From an uncultured Bacteroides sp. (GTDB taxonomy: Bacteria; Bacteroidota; Bacteroidia; Bacteroidales; GCA-2748055), in contig CAZCQL010000005.1 of the NCBI GenBank assembly GCA_964500835.1, positions 27,733-91,732 of the forward strand: a stretch of 64,000 bases of DNA. Direction: 5' to 3'. A model generated the notes under the pieces. The model was not told where the DNA came from. It saw only the letters and a list, made by a program, of their open reading frames with translations, and did not search any database. Made by a program: the position numbers and the translations under genes. The first letter of the stretch is position 1. Each line of letters begins with the position of its first letter. This document shows positions 1-9,000 of this stretch, piece after piece.

Positions 1-716
1 TTGGATGCCGATAAGCCGCTTGTAATGCTCCTGTTGGTGGGTTCATCATTAAAGTCCCCCATGATGATCACTTTGAAATCGGATTCCCTCGAAAGAAGCT
101 TATCCAGTTGCTTTCTGAGTGTAATAGCCGAAAACATCCGTTGCCTTTCAGTCTTTTGTTGCCCGCCGCTTCTGGACTTCCAGTGATTCATGTAGATGTG
201 CAGGTTGGATCCATCCGGTCCGGTTCCTTTCACGTGGAGGATTCCTCTGTACAGGTAAGTGGGATCTACCGGGTCTTCAATGGGGATGTAGTCGTGGGAT
301 TTGTACCTGAACAGAGCCGGTCTGTAGAGAAGTGCACAATCAATGCCTCGTGGGTCCTGACTCTCCTCGTGAATTATTTCATATTCCCCCCTCCGCAATC
401 CACGATTGTTCACCAGGTCCTCCAGGACATGTCTGTTCTCAATTTCAGCAAGTCCTATAATAGCAGGTAGTTCTTTTTCAGGAATAGTGAGGATCACCCT
501 GGCCAGGTCATTAACTTTTTTCTCATACCGGTCGTAGGACCATTTCTTTTCGCCTGAAGGGGTAAATGCATCATCATCAAACTGAAGCGAATTAACGGTG
601 TCAAACAGGTTTTCAACATTATATGTAACCACAATGAATGTATTTTCGTTCTTCTGAGAGAAAGCCAGGCTTGAGGCTGCGCCTAGGAGGAGAATATAGC
701 AAGAGATAAATTTCAT
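1..716 (-). CDS. Endonuclease/exonuclease/phosphatase (EEP) family protein, secreted; C-terminal end runs off the window
   Basis: Absent from the supplied ORF track. Hand translation of the reverse strand from the ATG at 716 stays open for 238 codons down to position 1. It reads MKFISCYILLLGAASSLAFSQ (signal peptide), then TYNVENLFD, GLAEIENRHV, NLHIYMNHWKSR and IIMGDFNDEP, which match the conserved EEP blocks. Confidence 0.75.
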   Translation of the reverse strand, partial: MKFISCYILLLGAASSLAFSQKNENTFIVVTYNVENLFDTVNSLQFDDDAFTPSGEKKWSYDRYEKKVNDLARVILTIPEKELPAIIGLAEIENRHVLEDLVNNRGLRRGEYEIIHEESQDPRGIDCALLYRPALFRYKSHDYIPIEDPVDPTYLYRGILHVKGTGPDGSNLHIYMNHWKSRSGGQQKTERQRMFSAITLRKQLDKLLSRESDFKVIIMGDFNDEPTNRSITSGLSAS

Positions 717-795
717 AACAACCGGAATAGATTTGAACAAAGATACAAATCAAAAAAAATTGAAATAGTCCTGAAAAGGATATATTTTTATTGAT

Positions 796-2190
796 ATGGG
801 ACAGAAACAGGATGAGCTGCTTAAGAGAATACAGAAACTGGTTAAACAAAACCAGGACCTGATCGATTCCAATGAAAACTTTCAGAAAGCTGTTACTGAA
901 CTCTCCGAGCAGAATGAGATGATGAAATTGCGCCTGAAGGAGGCAAAGGTAGCATTGAAAGAGGGGACCCTCCCGGAGGAGGGGGAGAGGGTGCGGAAAT
1001 ACAACATGGCCACCGTACTTTTTGCTTACATAGGGGGATTCAAACATCTGACCGATAAGGATGAATCGGAAGTCATCATGGATCAGCTGGATGAGGTGAT
1101 CATTGAATTTAACAGGATTCTCAAAAGATACCATATTCTCAAGATAAAAACCATTGGGGATACCTATATGGCTGCCGGAGGGATTCCCGACAAAAATATT
1201 ACCAATCCCATAGAGGTTGTCATGGCAGCTTTGGAAATGAATCTTTTTCTCGATCAGCTAAGACGTATTGATGGCAAACGTTTCTGGGATCTAAGCCTTG
1301 GCATCCACACCGGCCCGGTAACAGCCAATGTATCCGGGAAAAGGAAGATTTCTTATGATATCAAAGGAGATACAGTGAATATCGCACACCGTATGCAGGG
1401 AATTGGAGATAGCGGGAAAATCCTGATTTCGGTAATGACCTATGAGTTGATCAAGGAATTCTTTTTATGTGACTATTACGGGAAGATGCCCGTAAAGTAT
1501 AAAGGTGACCTGGAGATGTTCGAGGTGAAAGGCATTCGGCCCGAATTTTCTGTTAAAGGCAAAGGCCTGGTCCCCAACGACCTTTTCGATACAAAATTCA
1601 AACTTATTCAATTTACTGATATACAAGAACTTGTCCTTGATAATTTGGAGAGTGGGCTGCCTGATTCACTCTATTATCATAATGTGAAACATACAGTGGA
1701 TGTGGTGACGGAGGTAGAGTTGATCGGCTGGGCCGAAGGATTGGATGATGATGGAATTCTCCTGTTAAAAACCGCTGCGTTGTTTCATGATGCAGGGCAT
1801 ACCATTGGCTACGACGAACATGAGTTCCATGGGACCCAAATGGTGAAGGAACAACTTCCTGAGTTTGGATATACCGAAGAGCAAATCGAAAAAATCTGTC
1901 ACATCATCATGGCCACAAAGCTTCCCCCCAAACCGACTGATATTTACGAGGAAATTATTTGTGATGCAGACCTGGATTACCTGGGCAGAAGCGATATGAT
2001 TCCTGTATCTAATACACTTTATAAAGAATTGAAGGAGCAGGACAAGATCGGTTCCATGAACGATTGGAATAAACTTCAGATAAAATTCATTTCAGGGCAT
2101 TCTTACTTTACTAAAACAGCACGCAGCCTTCGGGAGGTGAATAAGCAAAAGCAGATAGAACGAATTAAAAAGTTGATTACAGAGGATTGA
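796..2190 (+). CDS. Class III adenylate/guanylate cyclase domain fused to a C-terminal HD phosphohydrolase domain, with an N-terminal coiled coil
   Basis: Cyclase blocks are ATVLFAYIGGFKHLT, KIKTIGDTYMAAGG and LGIHTGPVTANVSGKRKISYDIKGDTVNIAHRMQ. HD signature is YHNVKHTVDV...LFHDAGH...CDADLDYLG. The N-terminus is a Q/E/K-rich heptad-like stretch. Confidence 0.8.
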   Translation: MGQKQDELLKRIQKLVKQNQDLIDSNENFQKAVTELSEQNEMMKLRLKEAKVALKEGTLPEEGERVRKYNMATVLFAYIGGFKHLTDKDESEVIMDQLDEVIIEFNRILKRYHILKIKTIGDTYMAAGGIPDKNITNPIEVVMAALEMNLFLDQLRRIDGKRFWDLSLGIHTGPVTANVSGKRKISYDIKGDTVNIAHRMQGIGDSGKILISVMTYELIKEFFLCDYYGKMPVKYKGDLEMFEVKGIRPEFSVKGKGLVPNDLFDTKFKLIQFTDIQELVLDNLESGLPDSLYYHNVKHTVDVVTEVELIGWAEGLDDDGILLLKTAALFHDAGHTIGYDEHEFHGTQMVKEQLPEFGYTEEQIEKICHIIMATKLPPKPTDIYEEIICDADLDYLGRSDMIPVSNTLYKELKEQDKIGSMNDWNKLQIKFISGHSYFTKTARSLREVNKQKQIERIKKLITED

Positions 2191-2206
2191 TCAGACATCC
2201 GTTCTT

Positions 2207-2854
2207 CTATTTTCCAATCTTGAAATTAATATTTATTCCATAAAGAAATGCATTGGCTGTGAGGTTTTTGCCGGAAGAGAGAGAAGTCTGATCAGGGTCC
2301 CAGGTGTATGCATAGGAAATAAATGCCTGGACTCCCATAAAGAATTTTGAGGCTATGTGCCTGTCATAGCCATACTTAAAGGTTGCACCCAGACCATATG
2401 TATTCGCAGTGGCCAGATTGGTGGTTTCTATTAAGCCGAGGCCCATTCCGATTTCTGCCGCAAAATAAGAATTTCCTCCCTTAATGTAATGCAAACCTCC
2501 CAAATTCAAGCCGGCCAGAACCCATTGGGTCAAGATATCATTCAAACCCACTTCTACCTCCTTCAATGTACTATTTCCTGAAAGCGAAAAGTAAGCGCCG
2601 AATTTCCTGTTCATCCGTTTTCCAAGCTCCACACTAAAATTCACCGGACCGACCACCAAATCTTCATACAAGTCATGGTAGTTGTAACTGGCCCGGGCAA
2701 ATCCCAAACCACCCCTGAAAAAGCTACCTGAAAATAATTCCTTGTTTTCAATTTCAGCCAGTTCCATATCCACATGTTTCTGCCCGGCGGCATGGAAGGA
2801 AATCAGCATCAGAAAAACTATGAGAACAAAGACGGGCAATTTTCGTATACGCAT
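2207..2854 (-). CDS. Putative outer-membrane beta-barrel protein
   Basis: Start moved to the internal ATG at 2854, giving MRIRKLPVFVLIVFLMLISFHAAGQ (signal peptide). The body has alternating Gly/aromatic beta-strand-like segments (GLGFARASYNY, GAYFSLSGN, FMGVQAFISYAYTW, LYGININFKIGK). Confidence 0.5.
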   Translation of the reverse strand: MRIRKLPVFVLIVFLMLISFHAAGQKHVDMELAEIENKELFSGSFFRGGLGFARASYNYHDLYEDLVVGPVNFSVELGKRMNRKFGAYFSLSGNSTLKEVEVGLNDILTQWVLAGLNLGGLHYIKGGNSYFAAEIGMGLGLIETTNLATANTYGLGATFKYGYDRHIASKFFMGVQAFISYAYTWDPDQTSLSSGKNLTANAFLYGININFKIGK

Positions 2855-2892
2855 GATGGATGAAATATTATATGGTTTAAAAATAGGAAACC

Positions 2893-3975
2893 ATGTGGGA
2901 TATCGCAACAACAAAGCCTGTTATCGGGTGCCGGCTGAGGCGCAATGCGGGGTCTTTGATTCTGGCACTTGCCTTATCTTTATTGCATAGTGGGCTATAT
3001 GCCCAGAAAAATTCCTCTGAATCAAAGGACCGGCTGGCATTGGTCATCGGCAATTCCACCTATTTAACCGGGCCCCTTCTAAATACCGTTAATGATGCAC
3101 GGGCCATGGCATTGGCTCTCAAAAGTTCAGGCTTTGAAGTCATCCTTAAGGAAAATGTGACCAATCAGAATGAGATGAAAAAGGCTGTGCGAGAATTTGG
3201 TACAAAACTCAAAACAGGGGGCACAGCCCTTTTCTACTATTCGGGGCATGGCATGCAGGTGAATGGATATAATTATTTAATTCCCACGCAAGCTGTAATG
3301 AACATCGTTGAGGAGATTGAATACGAGGCACTGGATGTGGGTTTCGTGCTTGCCTATATGGAGAGTGCAAAATCAAATGTAAATATTGTAATTCTGGATG
3401 CGTGCAGGAATAATCCGTTTGCCCGCACATTCAGAGATACCAAACAGGGATTAAGCAGCATGGTAGCTCCCAAGGGGACGATGATAGCCTATTCAACTGC
3501 TCCTGGTTCCATCGCTTCGGATGGAGAGGAAGATTATGGATTGTATACACATGCGTTACTGGAGCAGATCCAAACACCCGGTCTAAGAGTGGAGGATGTG
3601 TTTAAAAATGTGAGAGCCGAAGTTTTAAAAGATAGCCGTGGTCAGCAGACTCCCTGGGAATCAAGTTCGCTCGTGGGTAACTTTTATTTTCACAAGGGGA
3701 CAATGCAAGAACCGCAACAGGAGTTTAATGCATCAGTAATTCCTCAGGATGCAATCAAACTTACAGGCACGAAGCTATCATTTAGGTGGAAGGCTACCCC
3801 GGATGCGAATTACTTCCTTGAAGTGGAGGATCGGGAAATTAGCGCTGAAACAATTTATGAGTGGCGCGGGGAGCACCTCTATGTCTACCATGAAGCAACC
3901 AACAGGGTTTTTATATTAAAGTGGTTCGGTTACCGTCTTGACGGAACCTGGCGCAAGGGTACCTACTTTGAATAA
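2893..3975 (+). CDS. Caspase-family (C14) peptidase, exported, with an uncharacterised C-terminal domain
   Basis: LALVIGNSTY...NDARAMALAL. Catalytic His is in YYSGHGMQ (H119, nt 3247-3249). Catalytic Cys is in VILDACRNNPF (C171, nt 3403-3405). The N-terminus LILALALSLLHSGLYAQ looks like a signal peptide. Confidence 0.8.
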   Translation: MWDIATTKPVIGCRLRRNAGSLILALALSLLHSGLYAQKNSSESKDRLALVIGNSTYLTGPLLNTVNDARAMALALKSSGFEVILKENVTNQNEMKKAVREFGTKLKTGGTALFYYSGHGMQVNGYNYLIPTQAVMNIVEEIEYEALDVGFVLAYMESAKSNVNIVILDACRNNPFARTFRDTKQGLSSMVAPKGTMIAYSTAPGSIASDGEEDYGLYTHALLEQIQTPGLRVEDVFKNVRAEVLKDSRGQQTPWESSSLVGNFYFHKGTMQEPQQEFNASVIPQDAIKLTGTKLSFRWKATPDANYFLEVEDREISAETIYEWRGEHLYVYHEATNRVFILKWFGYRLDGTWRKGTYFE

Positions 3976-4003
3976 AACGGGTCCATTTTTCGGAAAGGAC
4001 GAC

Positions 4004-4780
4004 TCAGATATCTGAATAATCGGATGGAAACATCAGGTACTGCGTAATATTGGAAACCGTATTCTGATATCTGTCAAGTTCCTTCATCTCCAGCCAATCG
4101 GGATGGGCCCTGAAAGCATCCCAATGTGCTTTTTGGGACAAAGTATCAGAAAAAGTGATCATGTACATCAAGTGCGGCATGTGCGCACTGGAAAGAACCT
4201 CCCCAAAGAAGACAGGATTGAATTCTAATTCCTTAAAGAGTTCGATCTCACCGGCTTCGTTGAACATTTCTACTTTACGTTCATACAACAATTCTGTAGC
4301 ACCTTCGTAACTTCGTAACTCATAGACTCTTTGAGAAATCGGGCCCTCCAGTTCGGGTATTTTGAATTGGGGCTTGGAACTGAAGCTTCTCAGAAGGAAG
4401 CTCTCAATTCTCGTAAAGGGTGGGTTGTCATAAGGCGCTTCTAAGTAGTTCTTTGCGTCATGTCGATAGGTTTCATCATGGGAAAGAAGACCATCAAGTT
4501 TTTCAATATCAACAAAGGATTTAAAAGGCGTGAGAACCAAAATGAATTTCCTGTTGTCGTTCCTTCCTTCGATGGACTTGAATACCCCGACATTTTCAAT
4601 GCCGGTCCGGTGAAGTGCTGGCAATAAAGCATCCTCAAGGTAATTGTCCATTCTTGATTCCTGTTCTGTAGTTTCAAGATCGTAAATTTTAATCTGGTAA
4701 AAATCCCTTGCCTCGGGGCTGTCACAGGCAGTCGAAACCAGTAGTAATGACCCAAATAAACCTATAAGAATACCTTTCAT
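4004..4780 (-). CDS. NIPSNAP-family protein, lipoprotein signal
   Basis: Start placed at the ATG at 4780: MKGILIGLFGSLLLVSTAC. There are two NIPSNAP-like halves (FYQIKIYDLE...VGVFKS and VYELRSYEG...FNEAGEIELFKELEFNPVFFGE). Confidence 0.55.
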   Translation of the reverse strand: MKGILIGLFGSLLLVSTACDSPEARDFYQIKIYDLETTEQESRMDNYLEDALLPALHRTGIENVGVFKSIEGRNDNRKFILVLTPFKSFVDIEKLDGLLSHDETYRHDAKNYLEAPYDNPPFTRIESFLLRSFSSKPQFKIPELEGPISQRVYELRSYEGATELLYERKVEMFNEAGEIELFKELEFNPVFFGEVLSSAHMPHLMYMITFSDTLSQKAHWDAFRAHPDWLEMKELDRYQNTVSNITQYLMFPSDYSDI

Positions 4781-4885
4781 TTTATGAAGCTTTAGTTTGC
4801 ATAAATATAGCAATAAGTTATTTGTTTGTTATATGCCACTTATTGTAGTAATTTCGCCGTTGTTCACAATTTTCCAATATTTTTC

Positions 4886-5692
4886 ATGAAGTCTGCCCAT
4901 CTACTCATCGCGCTTTCGATTTATTTGGTAACGATCCCTGTCCAGGCTCAACGCATAGATTCTCCGAAAGAAAAAGGCGATAATTGGGATCGGACAAAGG
5001 AAATCCTGGACTGTTCTCCAAAACTGACTGATCGAAGAGATCTGGTAGAAGATGATTTTGAACACCGGTATATCACCAATAATCCCAGGGATATTGAAGT
5101 GGGCTATTTTTCAGTGGAACCCATCACTTATTTTGATGAAGGCAGGCGCTTTTGTGAAGCTTCCCTTCCGGCAGCAGGGGTGAGCGATTCTTACTTTAGA
5201 GGCACCTATTCTACCAATTACACCTTGCCTGGAAAAGGAGTATATCGCCTGGCTATCGAATCGAATGCGTTGATATTCAATAACGAGGTCAGAATAATCA
5301 ATGCCCAGAACACAGTCGCAACCATCGAAGCTTCCCACCGGTTACAAATTATTGCAGATACCACCGTGGCCACTGATACCGATTTGAATCCCAATTCATC
5401 TACAAACAAGGTATATACCTGGGAAGTGGAGGTAGAAGAAAATGGGAATTGGCAGGGAAGCACCTGCAAAGGTGATTGCAATGATTTATTCGAGGAAGAG
5501 ATCCCGGTCGGGACTTCAAACATTCGTTTGTCAAGAAAGTTCAAAGGCCCTGGGATGATTGCGATCAGGGAATCAGTTATTTTCCAGATTAGCGCTCTCT
5601 CTTCCTATAAGTATGAACCCATTTTCCAGGCCGTAAGCCTGTTCAATTTAGAACCTCTCAGCATTTCAGCCAAGCTGTTGCCTTGTGAGTAG
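4886..5692 (+). CDS. Hypothetical secreted protein
   Basis: ORF with the signal peptide MKSAHLLIALSIYLVTIPVQAQ when started at 4886. I recognised no family. Confidence 0.4.
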   Translation: MKSAHLLIALSIYLVTIPVQAQRIDSPKEKGDNWDRTKEILDCSPKLTDRRDLVEDDFEHRYITNNPRDIEVGYFSVEPITYFDEGRRFCEASLPAAGVSDSYFRGTYSTNYTLPGKGVYRLAIESNALIFNNEVRIINAQNTVATIEASHRLQIIADTTVATDTDLNPNSSTNKVYTWEVEVEENGNWQGSTCKGDCNDLFEEEIPVGTSNIRLSRKFKGPGMIAIRESVIFQISALSSYKYEPIFQAVSLFNLEPLSISAKLLPCE

Positions 5693-5785
5693 TGAACGAA
5701 CTCGCATTGGAGTGCCTGCAACCGATTATTTGTTGCTTCAAATCCTATGTTATCAGATTTTTTTCTCACGATTAATTATACTTTG

Positions 5786-5793
5786 TATCTTTG
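5786..5793 (+). promoter_or_regulatory. Candidate Bacteroidota -7 promoter box (TATCTTTG, matches TAnnTTTG) upstream of the PKS gene
   Basis: It is the only exact TAnnTTTG match I found in the 338-bp gap 5693-6030. It lies 237 nt upstream of the ATG, and there is no convincing -33 TTTG at the proper spacing. Confidence 0.2.
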
Positions 5794-6030
5794 TCCTTCG
5801 AACTATTCTACGAGAAGTCTTGCTTGGCAGATGAAATTCTTATCCGGGATTAATTACCTATAAACGCACAGCTGACTTATTCAATGAGCTTTGTCTACAT
5901 ATTTTGGGCCATGTAATTTATAATTCTTTGTATAAGAAATTGGTAGAATAGGAAAAGAATAATAATTTCGCATTCACAAAATCAGAAAGTAAAATTGCGT
6001 TCTGGTTCGGTGGGTTAATAACAAACTTGC

Positions 6031-9000
6031 ATGCAGAAGATGGAGAGAAAAAAGAGAGAACCCTTGGCAATTGTGGGGATTGGATGCAGATTCCCGGGAA
6101 ATGTAACAAATACGGACGAATTCTGGAAATTAATTATTGATAGAGTTGATGGGTTGACAGATATCCCGGCCGATCGGTGGAATTCAAGCGCCAAATATGC
6201 GCCCGATTTCAAAACTCCAGGTAAGATTAGCGTTCGAAGAGGAGGATTTATTAAGGATATTGACAAGTTTGATGCATCTTTCTTTGGTATCTCGCCCCTG
6301 GAAGCATCGCGTATGGATCCTCAACAGAGGATGATTTTGGAACTTTCCTACGAGGCTGTCGAAAACTCCGGTCTTACCCTGAAAGACCTTGATGGGTCCC
6401 GCACGTCTGTTTTTATTGGTATTTCCTCCCATGATTATGGTGATATCCAAAACTCCCCTGTGGAACAGGTCAATATAGGAGCGCACACCAATCTTGGATC
6501 TGCACTTTGTATCGCTGCCAACAGAATCTCATATTTTTATAACCTTAAGGCCCTCAGCATGGCGCTTGATACAGCTTGTTCATCCTCTTTGAATGCTGTT
6601 CATCTGGCTTGCCGGAGCATTTGGGATAAGGATGCTGATCTTGCATTTGCAGGGGGGGTTAACTCCATTTTAAAACCCGAGCCCGAGATGGGCTTTTCCA
6701 AAGGCGGATTTCTCTCCCCCGACGGAAAATGTTATGCATTTGATTCCCGTGCCAATGGGTATATCAGAAGCGAGGGAGCCGGCATAATTATCATAAAAAC
6801 CCTGTCCCGGGCTATCAAGGACAAGGACCTTATTTATGCTACTATTAGGGGCTCCGGGGTGAATCAGGATGGCACTACCAAGGGAATATCAGTTCCCAGT
6901 CAGATTGCACAGCAGGAAATGATTCAAATGGCTTACGACGATGCCGGTGTTGATACCAGACAGGTTAAATTCATTGAGGCACACGGTACAGGTACCTTCG
7001 TGGGTGATCCTATTGAAGCCACATCTATTGGGAAGGTCCTCGGGAGCAACCGAACAGATAATTGCTATTTGGGATCTGTTAAATCCAATATAGGACATCT
7101 TGAACCAGCCTCAGGCATTGCAGGAATTATCAAGTTGGCTCTTGCCATGGAGAACAGGATCATCCCGCCAAATATTCATTATAAAAAACCAAACCCAAAT
7201 ATCCCTTTCAGCGATTTGAAGCTTGAGGTGCCGGTTGAACCTGTCGAATGGAAAGACGAGGAAAACGGAAACGTTTATGGAGGCATAAATAACTTTGGAT
7301 TTGGAGGAGCCAATGTACATGTGGTTTTGGAAGGACTTCCCAGGCCAACTGTCATTTTGCCTGATAAAGTTGATAAAATGAGTGTATGCACGCTCTCTGC
7401 CAGAGATTCCCAGGCCTTAAGAGAATTGGCGGAAGCATATATCAGCTATTTTAAAGACAGCACCAATACATCGAGCCTGAGTGATATCTGTTACTCAGCC
7501 ACAGTTCGCAGAACACATCACAACAACCGTTTATCTGTCGTGGCTGAATCAAAGATGGAGATGGCAGATCACCTTCAGAAGTACCTTGATGGTGAAACTC
7601 TTACTGAAGTTTCTACAGGACGGAGCAATGAACCCAATGATAGGGTAGTGTTTGTTTTCTCCGGCCAGGGGCCTCAATGGTGGGCCATGGGCCGGCAGTT
7701 ACTCAATAATGAACCGGTTTTTGCCAAGACAATTCATTTGCTTGATAAGCTTCTCAGTACACATGCTGATTGGTCTCTGCTGGACGAACTCACAAAAGAT
7801 GAGGGATCTTCAAGGATTAGTGAGACTAATATTGCACAACCTGCCATATTTTCAATCCAAATCGCCCTTTTAGAAATGTGGAAGGAGTTGGGGATATCTC
7901 CTTCTGCGGTGGTTGGTCATAGCATCGGTGAGGTACCGGCTGCATATGCTTCAGGGGCATTGACCTTAGAACAGGCAGTCCTGCTTATTTTCCACAGAAG
8001 CCGTGTACAGGTGAAGGCTACAGATAAAGGAAGAATGCTGGCCGCCGGATTACCCATTGAAGAAGCAACTGAGCTAATTTCTGGCCGTGAGGATAAGGTG
8101 TCTATTGCGGCAGTAAACGGACCGGCCATGGTCTCCCTGTCCGGGGATACAGATGTGATTGAGCAAATTTCAGAGGAGCTGGAAAAACAGGATGTATTCA
8201 ACCGGATGTTGCAGATCAATGTTCCGTTTCACTGTCACCACATGGAACCATTAAAAGAAGAGCTCTTGAGCTCGCTTGAATCATTAAACCCAAGAGCTAC
8301 ATCAATCCCATTTTATTCCACGGTGACAGGAATGGTAATTGAAGGAGAAAAACTCGACAATAAATACTGGTACCGTAATGTAAGGGAGACAGTTAGTTTT
8401 GCAAGTGCTATTGATGAATTGATACATGACGGATTTGATACGTTCATAGAACTGGGTCCTCATCCCATTCATGCCATGGGGATCAATGACCTTCTTGATG
8501 TAAAGCAGAAGAGCGGCCTTGTGATCCCATCCATCAGAAGACAGGAAGAGGAAAAACGCACGTTTCTTTCCTCGCTTGGAAAGCTTTATACCTGGGGCAC
8601 CGAAATTAATTGGGAATCATTATTTGATGATCCCCATTTTGTGCGCCTTCCGGCATACCCGTGGCAGAAGGAAAGACATTGGCTGGAGACAGAGGATGGA
8701 AGAAATGAACGCCTTGGATCCTTGGTTCATCCACATTTGAAAAAGAAAACCATATCGGCCAGAGAAAGCCACAACATTATCTGGGACATCAACCTGGATA
8801 AGAGGACCCACCCTTATATTGATGACCATAAAGTACAAGGTCCCATTGTTTACCCCGGAGCCGGTCACATTGAACTTTCAATCTCGGCAGCATTGGCTTC
8901 ATTTGGTGAGAAATTTGAATTCCTGGAAGATCTCAACTTTGAAAGCGCCTTATTTCTCCCTGATTCAGGAGACCCCATTAAGGTACAGATGGATATTTCC

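Noticed and set aside
1-1134. Track ORFs 1-186 (+), 108-470 (+) and 619-1134 (-)
   Set aside because: They overlap the well-supported EEP gene (minus strand, 1-716) or the 5' end of the cyclase gene. Their translations are Leu/Ser/Phe-rich with no recognisable motifs, so they are shadow ORFs.
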